Shown: positions 50,464 through 60,695 of the stretch, piece after piece
How the letters are laid out: each line of letters opens with the position of its first letter
Numbering within the stretch: position 1 is the stretch's first letter
DNA from: an uncultured Gammaproteobacteria bacterium
GTDB lineage: Bacteria > Patescibacteriota > Patescibacteriia > Patescibacteriales > UBA12465
DNA: 64,000 bases
Reading direction: 5' to 3'
Assembly: GCA_964616855.1 (NCBI GenBank)
Contig: CAZTUJ010000004.1
Location: forward strand, 3,610-67,609
Notes under the pieces: model-generated
What the model saw: only the letters and a program-made list of their open reading frames with translations
The model's database searches: none
Told to the model about the DNA's origin: nothing
Position numbers and translations under genes: made by a program

Positions 50464-50811
50464 ATGCCCAGAGTTAAAAGAGGAACTACTCACACTAAAA
50501 GCCGCCGCAAGCTGATGCAGCAGGTTAAAGGCTATAAATGGGGTCGTAAAAATTTAATCAAATTGGCCAAGACCGCCCGCACTAAAGCGGGGGCTCATGC
50601 TTACCGTGACCGCCGTAAAAAGAAACGCGATATGCGCGCTTTATGGCAGGTTAAAATTAATGCTTTCGTGCGCGAACACGGCTTTTCTTATTCTAAATTT
50701 ATTGGCGCTTTGAAAGTTGCCAACATTACTGTTGACCGCAAAATTTTAGCCGATTTAGCGGTTAATAATAAGAAAGTTTTGGCAGAAATTATTGCGCGTC
50801 TTAAGAAATAA
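50464..50811 (+). CDS. rplT: 50S ribosomal protein L20
   Basis: MPRVKRGTTHTKSRRKLMQQVKGY... Confidence 0.95.
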   Translation: MPRVKRGTTHTKSRRKLMQQVKGYKWGRKNLIKLAKTARTKAGAHAYRDRRKKKRDMRALWQVKINAFVREHGFSYSKFIGALKVANITVDRKILADLAVNNKKVLAEIIARLKK

Positions 50812-50816
50812 TTCTT

Positions 50817-51029
50817 ATGTCCTGGTTAAAAATTGCTTTAATTGTTGTCTCCCTCCTCTTAATCATAGTTATCTTACTTCAGAATCGCGGCGCTGGCCTC
50901 GGTAGCGCTTTTGGCGGTACCGGCGGCGTTTATTTGACGAAACGCGGTCTGGAAAAAAAGTTATTCACTGCCACTATTGTTTTGGCGGTGCTCTTCTTCG
51001 GCTTATCACTAGCCAGTCTTCTGTTCTAA
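50817..51029 (+). CDS. secG: preprotein translocase subunit SecG
   Basis: 70 aa. Two TM helices flanking the QNRGAGLGSAFGG loop. Confidence 0.8.
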   Translation: MSWLKIALIVVSLLLIIVILLQNRGAGLGSAFGGTGGVYLTKRGLEKKLFTATIVLAVLFFGLSLASLLF

Positions 51030-51059
51030 AGCCGTTCCGGTTCGTTTCGTCCCCACTCT

Positions 51060-53021
51060 GTGGATTTATTGCTTCAAAAATTTAAGTTATTTATCAAGGG
51101 AGCTCGTAAGAGTCTTTCCCCCTTTTTTGTTATTGTCGGCAAGATTTTAGATAATGGCCGCTTTTCTGTCTCCCCTGACTCCGCTCGCTTACAAGCAGAT
51201 AAGAATCTAGTTTATTCCTTGGCACCAACTAAAATTCCTAAACAGGAGCAATTACGTCATCTTTCTAAATTTTTAAACCCCCGAGAAAAATTAATTTTAA
51301 AGATTGCCAGTTTAGTTTTATTTTTATCTTTGGTCTATTTAGGTGTCCGTTTTTATCAACAGCATCGTGTGTTGTTGCCGAAAGTGGGGGGTACTTACGT
51401 TGAAGGTGTGGTGGGCTATCCGCAAGTTATTAATCCGCTCTATGCCAGCAATCGCGATGTTGATGCGGATTTAAGTCGCTTAGTCTATTCGAGCCTTTTT
51501 CATTATGATGAAAGCGGCCGTTTGATTACTGATTTAGCAACGACTTGGAAAATTGAAGATGGTGGTAAAAGCTATCTTATTACTATCCGTGAAGGCGTGA
51601 AATGGCATAGCGGCGAAGATTTAAGCGTAGAAGATGTTCTCTTTACTTTTAATCTTATTAAAGATCCTGAATTTCGTTCGCCTTTGCGTAACAGTCTTAA
51701 TGGTGTTGTTTTAGAAAAAGTTGATGAGCAGACCATAAAATTTACCCTCGCTGAACCTTACGCTGATTTTTTAAGTTTGCTCACATTTGGGATTTTGCCG
51801 CAGAATGCTTGGGAAATGATTTTACCAGAAGCAGCCGCTTTGTCCGAACTTAATCTTAAGCCCATTGGTTCTGGCCCCTATAAATTTGAGGCCTTAATTA
51901 AAAGTAAGGGCGGTGAAATAAAGGAATATCATTTAGTGGCTAATCCAGATTATTACGGCGTCCGCCCCTATATTGAGAAGATTATTTTTAAATTTTTCCC
52001 TGACTATATTGAATTAGTGCGAGCTTTAAACGCTAATGAAATCGACGGGGCTAGTTATGTGCCCGATGATTTAAAGAAGGATCTTCTGGCTAAGCATTCT
52101 TTGTCTATTCATAATCTTCGCCTACCCCAAATTGATGCTATTTTTTTCAATCAAGAGAAGAATAAGGCTCTTAGTGACTTAAAGGTGCGTCAGGCACTTG
52201 CTTATGCAATTGATCGAGACCACCTTTTAAATGAAGTTTTGTCAGGAGAATCTCAACGGGCCGATGGTCCGATTCTGGCGATAGATTTTGTTTCTATCCC
52301 GGACCATTTAAAATATAATCTAGACCGAGTTAAAGCCGAGCAATTGTTAGATGAAGCTGGTTTTAAGCGTTTTGATGTTAGCACCGAAATCGTTAATTCC
52401 AGTGAACGTGCGCCTGAGGCCAATGCTATTATTGCTTATGCCAGTTCCACCCAAGTGGAGGCTCTCGGTTATTGGCGCGTTGCCGCTTCCGCTCAGAATT
52501 ACCAGCCTTTAACTATTAAATTATCAGTTCCAGAAAATAGCCGTATTGATGTAGCGGAGAGTATTAAACGTGATTGGGAGGCAATTGGCGTTAAAGTCAT
52601 AATCAATAAAGTGGAAACTGATACTTTGAGTGCTAATATGATTGCCGGCCATAATTTTGAAGCCTTCCTTTACGGTCAGGTGGTTGGACTTGATCCCGAT
52701 GTTGCTCCTTTCTGGCATTCTTCCCAAATCGGCGGCAAGGGCTTAAATCTGGCTGGCTATAATAATAGTGCCATGGATACATTATTGACCGAAGCACGCC
52801 AAAGCGCTGATAACTTTGATTTGCGTTTTGAAAAATATAAAACATTCCAAGAAAGTGTCGCTACTGCTCTGCCGGCTATTTTCTTATATTCCCCCAGTTA
52901 CACTTATGTTCAGGCAAAAAAGCTGCGCGGTTTTAATGGCTTAGCCATTAGTGAACCTAGCGATCGTTTTGCCGGAATCAGTAACTGGTATCTTAAAACA
53001 AAAAAACGTCTAGCCTGGTAA
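51060..53021 (+). CDS. ABC-transporter family-5 (Opp/Dpp-type) substrate-binding protein with N-terminal TM anchor
   Basis: 653 aa, GTG start. LATTWKIEDGGKSYLITIREGVKWHSGEDL is typical SBP_bac_5. No permease or ATPase genes adjacent. Confidence 0.75.
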   Translation: MDLLLQKFKLFIKGARKSLSPFFVIVGKILDNGRFSVSPDSARLQADKNLVYSLAPTKIPKQEQLRHLSKFLNPREKLILKIASLVLFLSLVYLGVRFYQQHRVLLPKVGGTYVEGVVGYPQVINPLYASNRDVDADLSRLVYSSLFHYDESGRLITDLATTWKIEDGGKSYLITIREGVKWHSGEDLSVEDVLFTFNLIKDPEFRSPLRNSLNGVVLEKVDEQTIKFTLAEPYADFLSLLTFGILPQNAWEMILPEAAALSELNLKPIGSGPYKFEALIKSKGGEIKEYHLVANPDYYGVRPYIEKIIFKFFPDYIELVRALNANEIDGASYVPDDLKKDLLAKHSLSIHNLRLPQIDAIFFNQEKNKALSDLKVRQALAYAIDRDHLLNEVLSGESQRADGPILAIDFVSIPDHLKYNLDRVKAEQLLDEAGFKRFDVSTEIVNSSERAPEANAIIAYASSTQVEALGYWRVAASAQNYQPLTIKLSVPENSRIDVAESIKRDWEAIGVKVIINKVETDTLSANMIAGHNFEAFLYGQVVGLDPDVAPFWHSSQIGGKGLNLAGYNNSAMDTLLTEARQSADNFDLRFEKYKTFQESVATALPAIFLYSPSYTYVQAKKLRGFNGLAISEPSDRFAGISNWYLKTKKRLAW

Positions 53022-53073
53022 AGACTAGATTTTGATAAAACTCATTATATAAATACTAGGATGAGGTGGCCGC

Positions 53074-54924
53074 ATGCTTTTGGGCATCGGTACTCTCTTC
53101 GTGTTTCCAAATTTCATGATTACTCGTTATAAGTCCGGCCCGAGTGCCGGCAAATCCGACGGCAATAACCCGGCCGCTCCTTTAGCGGCGCCTCGTCGTC
53201 GTTTTCCCATACGTTCTCAACAGACCTTTAAAAAAGAAGGCTCTGAAGATTATGTTAAAGTTATTGTCCTGGGCGGACTGGAGGAAGTTGGTCGCAATAT
53301 GACCCTGATTGAATGCAATCGGGAGATTATGATTATCGACATGGGCCTGCAGTTCCCGGAAGAAGACATGCCCGGCATTGATTACATTATTCCTAATATT
53401 TCTTATTTGCGCGACAAGTTGGATTGGATTAAAGGTGTTGTTATTACCCATGGCCATTATGATCATATTGGTGGTATCCCGCACATTATGGGAGAGATCG
53501 GCAACCCGCCGATGTTCATGGGTAAATTAACCGCCGGCTTAGTACGCAAACGTCATCAGGAATATAAGACGGCACCGCAGTTAAAGATTAAAGAAATTGA
53601 TGAAAATACGGTTTTACAATTAGGCGCTTCTTTACGCGTTGAATTTACCCGCGTTAACCATTCCATCCCTGATTGTTTTGCTGTTATTATTAATACGCCC
53701 TTAGGCACCATTATTCATACGGGTGATTTTAAAATCGACTTCACCCCTGTTAATGATAAACCCGCTGATTTACAGCGTATTGCCCAAATTGGTAATCGCG
53801 GTATTTTAATGTTGATGTCCGATTCAACTGATGCCACCCACCCTGGTTATCAGGTTTCTGAATCGGCGATTGGTGAAGAGATGGGGCGTATCTTTGAAAA
53901 GATTGAAGGCCGCATTATCATTGGCACCTTTGCTTCCCAAATTAGCCGTGTCCAGAAAATTTTAGAATTATCTAAGAAATATGGACGTCGTGTTAGTTTG
54001 CAAGGACGAAGCATGAATTCCAATGTGGAAATTGCTCATCAAGTGGGTTATTTAAAATTTGACCCCAAAATTTTGATTGACGACAGCGAGCTTAACCGTC
54101 TGCCTGATAACAAGGTCATGATTATTGGCACTGGTGCTCAGGGCGAAGACAATGCTTTCTTGAGCCGAGTTGTTAATGGTGAACATCGAGTTGTTAGCAT
54201 TAAACACGGCGACACGGTTTTGTTTTCTTCTTCCGTTATTCCTGGTAATGAACGCTCCATTCAAAATTTAATGGACATGGTAGTCCGTCAGGGTGCTAAA
54301 ATTATCCATTATCGGATGTTAGATATTCACGCCGGTGGACATGCCAAAGCGGAGGATTTGAAATTAATGATGCGCTTAATTAAGCCTGAATATTTCATGC
54401 CGATCGAAGCTAACCATTATATGTTGCGCGCTCACGCGGAGTTAGCGGAACAGGTGGGTATTGAAAAGGATAAGATTTTTGTTGCCGATAATGGCCAAGT
54501 GGTTCTTTTCCAGAAAGATGCTCGGGGTCAATCTCTTGGCTCTCTTACTAAAGAAAAAGTCCCCTCTGATTACGTTATGGTTGACGGTCTGGGTGTGGGT
54601 GATGTTTCGGAAGTAGTTTTGCGTGATCGTTTAATGATGGCCGGTGATGGCATGATTGTTATTATTGCCACCATTGATGCTAAGACCGGAAACATTATTG
54701 GTAATCCGGATATTATTTCTCGGGGCTTCATCTATATGAAAGAGAGTCGGGATTTAATTGAAAAGACCAGAATGCGGGTGAAAAATATTGTTAAAGACAA
54801 GAATCCCATGACTCCAGCCGATGATGATTTTATCAAAAATAAGATTAGAAATGATGTTGGTCAATTCCTATTTACCCAAACCAAGCGTCGCCCCATGGTG
54901 CTGCCGGTCGTTATTAAGGTGTAA
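53074..54924 (+). CDS. rnj: ribonuclease J
   Basis: 616 aa. Metallo-beta-lactamase HGHYDHIGG, beta-CASP region, about 60-aa N-terminal extension. SD GAGGTGG lies 7 nt before the ATG. Confidence 0.92.
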   Translation: MLLGIGTLFVFPNFMITRYKSGPSAGKSDGNNPAAPLAAPRRRFPIRSQQTFKKEGSEDYVKVIVLGGLEEVGRNMTLIECNREIMIIDMGLQFPEEDMPGIDYIIPNISYLRDKLDWIKGVVITHGHYDHIGGIPHIMGEIGNPPMFMGKLTAGLVRKRHQEYKTAPQLKIKEIDENTVLQLGASLRVEFTRVNHSIPDCFAVIINTPLGTIIHTGDFKIDFTPVNDKPADLQRIAQIGNRGILMLMSDSTDATHPGYQVSESAIGEEMGRIFEKIEGRIIIGTFASQISRVQKILELSKKYGRRVSLQGRSMNSNVEIAHQVGYLKFDPKILIDDSELNRLPDNKVMIIGTGAQGEDNAFLSRVVNGEHRVVSIKHGDTVLFSSSVIPGNERSIQNLMDMVVRQGAKIIHYRMLDIHAGGHAKAEDLKLMMRLIKPEYFMPIEANHYMLRAHAELAEQVGIEKDKIFVADNGQVVLFQKDARGQSLGSLTKEKVPSDYVMVDGLGVGDVSEVVLRDRLMMAGDGMIVIIATIDAKTGNIIGNPDIISRGFIYMKESRDLIEKTRMRVKNIVKDKNPMTPADDDFIKNKIRNDVGQFLFTQTKRRPMVLPVVIKV

Positions 54925-54964
54925 TAGTCTACATTTTTGCTAAAGTTACTATTTTTTACTGGTA

Positions 54965-54993
54965 TTGACTTTTTTGCTGATTTATTATATAAT
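54965..54993 (+). promoter_or_regulatory. promoter TTGACT-17-TATAAT
   Basis: TTGACT 54965-54970, TATAAT 54988-54993. Confidence 0.55.
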
Positions 54994-55033
54994 AAAGCTA
55001 TATTTAGTTTGCTTTTATTAATTTTTTAAATTT

Positions 55034-55723
55034 ATGAACACAGAGAAGTTAGGTGCACAGATGGAGGCACCAGCCAATGAAGCTGAGGTTTTAGAGCTGG
55101 ATGAATTAGAATCTATGCCCCAAAGCGCCGAAGAGCAGGAGGCTCTACAGGAGGCAGTGTTAGCGGAAGAGAAAGTTCCGGAACAGATTGCTGCTGTTTC
55201 TGCAGAAATTAAGGATTTTAAATCTCCGGAAGAAATTAAATCAGAAATTAAAAGATTACAGAGTGAATACGAAGAAAAGAAGCAGGCCTATCAAAGTTTT
55301 ACCCATATTAGTAGCACCGATTCTGGCATGGGCGCTCTTGGTTCTTTCGGTACTGGCCAGATGAGCCCGGCTAAACTAGAGGCTAAATTCCCTGGTATTA
55401 GTGAGGCTTTAGGCATGATTAAGAAGGCGGAAAAGAAAAATAGCGTTGGTTTAAAGTTTTGGAAGAATCCGGAATTAGATGATTTCCAATTACAGGTAAT
55501 CAAAAATTATTTGACTACTGGTAGTATGGGTAATTTTACTAACCCCAAAATGGAGACCATTGCTCAAGAAACATTAAATAAATTTTTAGAAGAAAATAAG
55601 ACCCCGGAAGCTAATGTTAGCAATGTTAAACAGGCAATTTGGGGTGAACATAACAGCTCCTATTACGAAGGTGCTATCGCTGATTTGAACCAACAGTTGA
55701 CAAAGATGAGCGAAAAGCAATAA
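55034..55723 (+). CDS. hypothetical acidic protein
   Basis: 229 aa. Glu-rich N-terminal third, no recognised domain. Confidence 0.5.
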   Translation: MNTEKLGAQMEAPANEAEVLELDELESMPQSAEEQEALQEAVLAEEKVPEQIAAVSAEIKDFKSPEEIKSEIKRLQSEYEEKKQAYQSFTHISSTDSGMGALGSFGTGQMSPAKLEAKFPGISEALGMIKKAEKKNSVGLKFWKNPELDDFQLQVIKNYLTTGSMGNFTNPKMETIAQETLNKFLEENKTPEANVSNVKQAIWGEHNSSYYEGAIADLNQQLTKMSEKQ

Positions 55724-55813
55724 ACTCTTAAATAATTAAATACTCACCTATTGCAATTCTCTTGGATTCTAAGGCGCCGCTCTCAATTAAGCGGCGCCTG
55801 AGGTGGCCAAGAG

Positions 55814-55848
55814 GCTTTCCCGGAAGGGAGGGTTAAGCATCTTTTTTT
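55814..55848 (+). terminator. rho-independent terminator (second of two hairpins)
   Basis: CTTTCCC-GGAA-GGGAGGG ... CATCTTTTTTT. Confidence 0.6.
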
Positions 55849-55888
55849 GTTTTTAAAGCGTTATTCGCCTTAAAGATAAAATATCTTT

Positions 55889-57100
55889 ATGTCTAAAGAA
55901 ACAACTCAATCCAGCGTTTTCGCGGATTTATTAGAGAAAGATGGCGTCCAAGTACCACAAGTGGGCGACATTGTTAAGGGAACTATCGTGACCGCTTCCA
56001 AGTCGGAAGTAGTTTTGGATATCGACGGCGTCTTAATGGGCGTTGTGCGCGGTCCGGAGCTATATGTCGAAGTAGAAGAATATGCTCATCTTAAACCTGG
56101 TGATCAGGTCGAGGCGGCTGTGATTGAAACTGAAAACGAAGAAGGTCATTTAGAAATGTCTTTCCGCCAAGTTGGTCAAGAGAAAGCTTGGAACAATCTC
56201 CGCGAAGCCTTTAAGGAAAAGAATACTATCAAGATTCGCATCATCGATGCCAATAAGGGCGGTCTACTTGCTCGTTATTGTCAGATTAATGGCTTCTTGC
56301 CGGTCTCTCAGCTTGCTCCCGAAAATTATCCCCGCATCAGCGGTGGCGATAAGAGCAAGATTTTAGAAAAATTGAAAACTTTTATTGGTCAGGATTTTGA
56401 AGTTAATGTTATTACTTTAAATGAAGAAGAGAATAAGATTATTTTCAGTGAAAAGGATGTTTGGAATAAGCGCCAGAAGCCAGCTCTAGATCGTTATAAT
56501 GTCGGCATGGTGGTTGATGGTCGCATTACCGCGATTACCAACTTCGGCGTCTTCCTTAATTTTGATGACGGCATGGAAGGATTAATTCATATTTCTGAAA
56601 TCGCTTGGCAGAGAATTGATTCTCCGAATGAATTATTTAAGGTTGGTGATCATATTAAAGCTGAAATTGTTAGCATCGACGGGAGCAAGATTTTCTTGAG
56701 TTCCAAGAAATTACAGAAAGACCCGTGGCAGGCGGCTAGTGCTAAGTACAGTATTGGCCAAACTGTTACCGGCGTCGTGGTGAAGGTTAATCCTTTTGGT
56801 CTTTTTGTTAAACTTGATGAAGAGATTCACGGTTTAGCGCATATTAGCCAACTCAATCTTGCCATGAAGGAAAAAATTAATGATTTATTTGCGGCTGGTG
56901 AAACTCGCGATTTTGAAATTGTTAGCATTTCTCCGTCTGAACATCGTTTAGGCTTAAAGTTGGCTGGCGATGAAAATACGGAAAAGGTTGCGACTGCTCC
57001 GAAGAAGCGGGCTACCAAGGCTAAGGCGGCTACCGTTGAAGCTCCTGAGGGAGAAGAAATCGTGCCCGCTGAAATTAAGGAAGAAGAAGTAGCGGCTTAA
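55889..57100 (+). CDS. rpsA: 30S ribosomal protein S1 (four S1 domains)
   Basis: 403 aa. Repeated S1 OB-fold motifs (G.VV.G.V..I..FG.F..L.....GL.HISE). Confidence 0.9.
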   Translation: MSKETTQSSVFADLLEKDGVQVPQVGDIVKGTIVTASKSEVVLDIDGVLMGVVRGPELYVEVEEYAHLKPGDQVEAAVIETENEEGHLEMSFRQVGQEKAWNNLREAFKEKNTIKIRIIDANKGGLLARYCQINGFLPVSQLAPENYPRISGGDKSKILEKLKTFIGQDFEVNVITLNEEENKIIFSEKDVWNKRQKPALDRYNVGMVVDGRITAITNFGVFLNFDDGMEGLIHISEIAWQRIDSPNELFKVGDHIKAEIVSIDGSKIFLSSKKLQKDPWQAASAKYSIGQTVTGVVVKVNPFGLFVKLDEEIHGLAHISQLNLAMKEKINDLFAAGETRDFEIVSISPSEHRLGLKLAGDENTEKVATAPKKRATKAKAATVEAPEGEEIVPAEIKEEEVAA

Positions 57101-57119
57101 TTATTTTCTCAGATATCAA

Positions 57120-57153
57120 GAAAGCGCTCTTCTTCTTTAGGGGAGCGCTTTTA
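57120..57153 (+). terminator. rho-independent terminator after rpsA
   Basis: AAGCGCTC-loop-GAGCGCTTTT. Confidence 0.65.
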
Positions 57154-57157
57154 TTGA

Positions 57158-57186
57158 TTGCCAAAATCAGGTCGGCATTATATAAT
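57158..57186 (+). promoter_or_regulatory. promoter TTGCCA-17-TATAAT of ftsH
   Basis: TTGCCA 57158-57163, TATAAT 57181-57186. Confidence 0.5.
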
Positions 57187-57211
57187 AGGAATGCTATTTT
57201 TAGGAAAAAAT

Positions 57212-59047
57212 ATGAAAAATCTAGTTAAAAATTTTTTAGTTTTCTTTTTGGTCTTTTTGGCGATTGCGGCGCTTTTTAGTACCTTTTCGCAAGGAGAACA
57301 GCCTAGCCGAGTTGGTATTGAGGCTTTAATCCAAGAATTAAATCAAGATCAAGTCAAAGTTTTAACGGTTAGTGGTAATGAAGTGAAAATAGAATTAAAG
57401 GATGGACAAAAGCAGACTATGCAAAAAGAAGAAAGCGAAAGTTTGTCTACGCTTTTAAGTAATTTTCAGTTAAGCCCAGAGAAATTAGCCGGGGTTGCTA
57501 TTAGTGTCCAAGAGCCTTCAGGCTGGTCTTATTGGTTGGGAGTAATTTTACCTTTTGCCTTACCTTTATTACTTATTGCTTTTTTATTTATCTTCATGAT
57601 GCGCAGCGCCCAGGGGATGAATTCCAAGGCGATGAGTTTTGGTCAGTCTGGTGCTAAAGATTTTAATCTGAATAATAAAGACCAGGTTACCTTTAAAGAT
57701 GTGGCTGGAGCCAAAGAAGCCAAAGAAGAGCTACACGAAGTGGTAGACTTTTTACGTTATCCTAAAAAGTTTCAAGATCTAGGTGCTCGTATTCCTCGCG
57801 GCGTTTTATTATTAGGTAGTCCGGGGACAGGTAAGACGCTATTAGCTCGTGCCGTGGCTGGTGAAGCTAAGGTTCCTTTTTTTCATATGTCCGGTTCGGA
57901 GTTTGTGGAAATGTTTGTTGGCGTCGGGGCTTCTCGTGTCCGCTCTCTTTTTCAAAAAGCGAAAAAGCACGCTCCTTGTATTGTCTTTATTGATGAAATT
58001 GATGCGGTCGGTCGCCGTCGCGGCGCCGGTTTAGGCGGCTCTCATGACGAGCGTGAACAAACCTTAAATCAGATTTTAGTAGAGATGGACGGTTTTGAAC
58101 CGACCCAAAATGTTATTGTGATTGCTGCTACTAATCGCCCTGATGTTTTAGATCCAGCTTTATTGCGTCCTGGACGTTTTGATCGCCAAGTTGTGATTGA
58201 TCGCCCTGACCTTAAAGACCGGGAAGAAATTCTGCAAGTGCATGTCAAGAAAAAACCTTTAGCCAAAGAGGTTGACCTGAAAAGAATTGCTGAGCGCACC
58301 CCTGGTTTTTCCGGGGCTGACTTAGCTAATCTTTTAAACGAAGCGGCGATTTTAACCGCTCGGGTGGATAAAAAGATTATTGGCATGGAAGAACTTTTTT
58401 CTGCAATTGAAAAGGTAATGATTGGTCCAGAGCGTAAGAGTCGGGTTATTAATGATAAGGAAAAGAAGATTACCGCTTATCATGAAGCTGGTCATGCCCT
58501 GGTTGCCCATTTTCTTGCCAACAGCGATCCCGTGCAGAAAGTTTCAATTATTGCTCGCGGTCAAGCTGGCGGCTACACTTTGAAGGTGCCCACAGAAGAT
58601 CGTTACTTCCAGTCAAAAACTGATTTTGTGGATGAAATTGCTGTGCTTTTAGCGGGACACTTAATTGAAAAAGAAGTATTTGGTGAAGTGACCACAGGGG
58701 CTACCTCCGATTTGCGCCGGGCTACTGCCGTCGCTCGGAGTTTAATTACTGATTATGGCATGAGTGAAGTCTTAGGTCCGCGTACTTTTGGCCAAAAAGA
58801 AGAATTAATTTTCTTGGGCAGAGAAATTCATGAGCAGCGTGACTATAGCGAAAAAATCGCCGAACAGATTGATTTGGAGATTTCTGCCTTTATTCGCCAA
58901 GCGACTGCTAAGGCTCAGATTATTCTTCAGGAAAAGCGTGAATCTTTGGAAAAGGTGGTCCAAGCCTTATTAGAAAAGGAAACCTTAGAGAAGGAAGAAT
59001 TTGAAGCCTTGGTTGGCCCTGCTCCTCTTAACCCGAATCAGTCTTAA
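57212..59047 (+). CDS. ftsH: ATP-dependent zinc metalloprotease FtsH
   Basis: Walker [18 protein letters not shown] zinc site. The ATG at 57212 is chosen because the track start at 57158 overlaps the promoter. Confidence 0.96.
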   Translation: MKNLVKNFLVFFLVFLAIAALFSTFSQGEQPSRVGIEALIQELNQDQVKVLTVSGNEVKIELKDGQKQTMQKEESESLSTLLSNFQLSPEKLAGVAISVQEPSGWSYWLGVILPFALPLLLIAFLFIFMMRSAQGMNSKAMSFGQSGAKDFNLNNKDQVTFKDVAGAKEAKEELHEVVDFLRYPKKFQDLGARIPRGVLLLGSPGTGKTLLARAVAGEAKVPFFHMSGSEFVEMFVGVGASRVRSLFQKAKKHAPCIVFIDEIDAVGRRRGAGLGGSHDEREQTLNQILVEMDGFEPTQNVIVIAATNRPDVLDPALLRPGRFDRQVVIDRPDLKDREEILQVHVKKKPLAKEVDLKRIAERTPGFSGADLANLLNEAAILTARVDKKIIGMEELFSAIEKVMIGPERKSRVINDKEKKITAYHEAGHALVAHFLANSDPVQKVSIIARGQAGGYTLKVPTEDRYFQSKTDFVDEIAVLLAGHLIEKEVFGEVTTGATSDLRRATAVARSLITDYGMSEVLGPRTFGQKEELIFLGREIHEQRDYSEKIAEQIDLEISAFIRQATAKAQIILQEKRESLEKVVQALLEKETLEKEEFEALVGPAPLNPNQS

Positions 59048-59156
59048 GTTGCTATAATTTGACTAATATTATTTTTTGGCTATACTAAAAGCAGATATAA
59101 ATAAATTAGAGTAATTTTCATTAAATTCTCTATTTTCAAGTTTTTAAATTAAATAT

Positions 59157-59357
59157 ATGGCTAATCCTAAGAAAAGAAAATCCAGAAGTGCGGTCCGGAC
59201 CAATCGGGCTCATTTAGCCTTGGATATTATTGCTTTAGACAAGTGCCCGCAGTGCGGCAAGGCGAAGAAACCTCATACCGTTTGTTTGTTTTGCGGAACT
59301 TATCGCGGTCGCCAAGTTTTAAAGGTGACAGCTAAACCGACTAAGGCTAAAAAATAA
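59157..59357 (+). CDS. rpmF: 50S ribosomal protein L32
   Basis: [19 protein letters not shown]... with CPQC...CLFC zinc ribbon. Confidence 0.92.
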   Translation: MANPKKRKSRSAVRTNRAHLALDIIALDKCPQCGKAKKPHTVCLFCGTYRGRQVLKVTAKPTKAKK

Positions 59358-59362
59358 TCTTT

Positions 59363-59881
59363 ATGTCCAATCGCCATCTAGCGCGCACAATCGCTTTGCA
59401 GACTTTGTTTGCTTGGGATTTTAACGGCAAGAATGGTCAGAATACCGAATCTCTGATGAGAGATAATTTTGTTAATTTTGCTCCTAACTTTGATGATGGG
59501 GGCTTTGTGGCAGAATTAGTTCGCGGGGTGGTCGATCATTTAAGTGAAATTGATGCTTTAATTGTTCGCTACGCTACAGAATGGCCCTTAGATCAGATTA
59601 CAACGATTGATCGCAATATTTTGCGTTTAGGTATTTGTGAATTAGTTTATACAGCGATTCCGCCTCGGGTAGCCATTAATGAAGCGATTGAAGTCGCTAA
59701 GAGCTTTGGTGGCGATGCTTCGGGGAAATTTATCAACGGTGTCCTGGGAGCGATTTATAATGATTGGCCCGAAGAAGAAAAAAAGAAGCGGGATAATCAT
59801 TGGGATAAAGCTCAGGAAAAAGAAGTAAGCCCTTTAAGTTCGGAAGCTCCGGTTGAACCCGTTCAGGAAGTTGTAGATTAA
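59363..59881 (+). CDS. nusB: transcription antitermination factor NusB
   Basis: 172 aa. [38 protein letters not shown], plus an acidic C-terminal tail. Confidence 0.88.
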   Translation: MSNRHLARTIALQTLFAWDFNGKNGQNTESLMRDNFVNFAPNFDDGGFVAELVRGVVDHLSEIDALIVRYATEWPLDQITTIDRNILRLGICELVYTAIPPRVAINEAIEVAKSFGGDASGKFINGVLGAIYNDWPEEEKKKRDNHWDKAQEKEVSPLSSEAPVEPVQEVVD

Positions 59882-59900
59882 CTTTTGTTTACTTTACTTT

Positions 59901-59930
59901 GCGCCCGCGTTTTTCGCGGGCCTTTGTTTA
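59901..59930 (+). terminator. rho-independent terminator after nusB
   Basis: GCCCGCG-ttttt-CGCGGGC-CTTTGTTT. Confidence 0.7.
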
Positions 59931-59998
59931 ATTGTTGTGTAACGGCATGGTGGCGTCTTTTTAACTAGTCGCCTCGATACCGCTTCGTAACTAAAAAT

Positions 59999-60691
59999 AT
60001 GCCCGAATTAAGTAATCTCCAAAAGACTCTCGGTCTTAAATTTAAAAATACTGATATTTTGCGGCAAGCGATGGTGCACCGTTCTTATATTAATGAGCAT
60101 CCTGATTTTGCTTGTGGACATAATGAACGTTTAGAATTTTTAGGGGATGCTGTTTTAGAAATTGTCATCACTGAACATCTTTATTTAAATTACCCAGATA
60201 CTCCTGAGGGAGATTTAACCAATTGGCGTGCTTCTTTGGTGAATGCTAAAATGTTATATATTATCGCGATTGAGTTAGATTTAGAAGCTTATCTCTATCT
60301 TTCTCGAGGTGAAGCTAAAGATAAAAATAAAAAATCCCGGCATTATATTTTAGCCAATGCAGTTGAAGCTTTAATTGGCGCCATTTATCTTGATCAGGGA
60401 CTAGATTCGGCGAAAGGTTTTATTCTAAAATATATTGCGGTTAAACTTCCAGAGATATTGAAAACTCAAGCCTATTTGGATCCGAAGTCACGCTTTCAAG
60501 AGCAAGCTCAGGATAAGAGGGGCGTTACCCCGCGCTATGAAATTATTGCGGAAGAGGGTCCTGATCACGCCAAGATGTTTACCGTTGGTCTTTATGTTGA
60601 AGACGAATTAATTAGTTCCGGTGAAGGTTCTTCAAAGCAGGAGGCACAAGTTGATGCCGCCGCCAAGGGTTTAAAAATTCTTAATTGGTAA
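59999..60691 (+). CDS. rnc: ribonuclease III
   Basis: 230 aa. ERLEFLGDAVL signature and a C-terminal dsRBD. Confidence 0.95.
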   Translation: MPELSNLQKTLGLKFKNTDILRQAMVHRSYINEHPDFACGHNERLEFLGDAVLEIVITEHLYLNYPDTPEGDLTNWRASLVNAKMLYIIAIELDLEAYLYLSRGEAKDKNKKSRHYILANAVEALIGAIYLDQGLDSAKGFILKYIAVKLPEILKTQAYLDPKSRFQEQAQDKRGVTPRYEIIAEEGPDHAKMFTVGLYVEDELISSGEGSSKQEAQVDAAAKGLKILNW

Positions 60692-60695
60692 ATTT

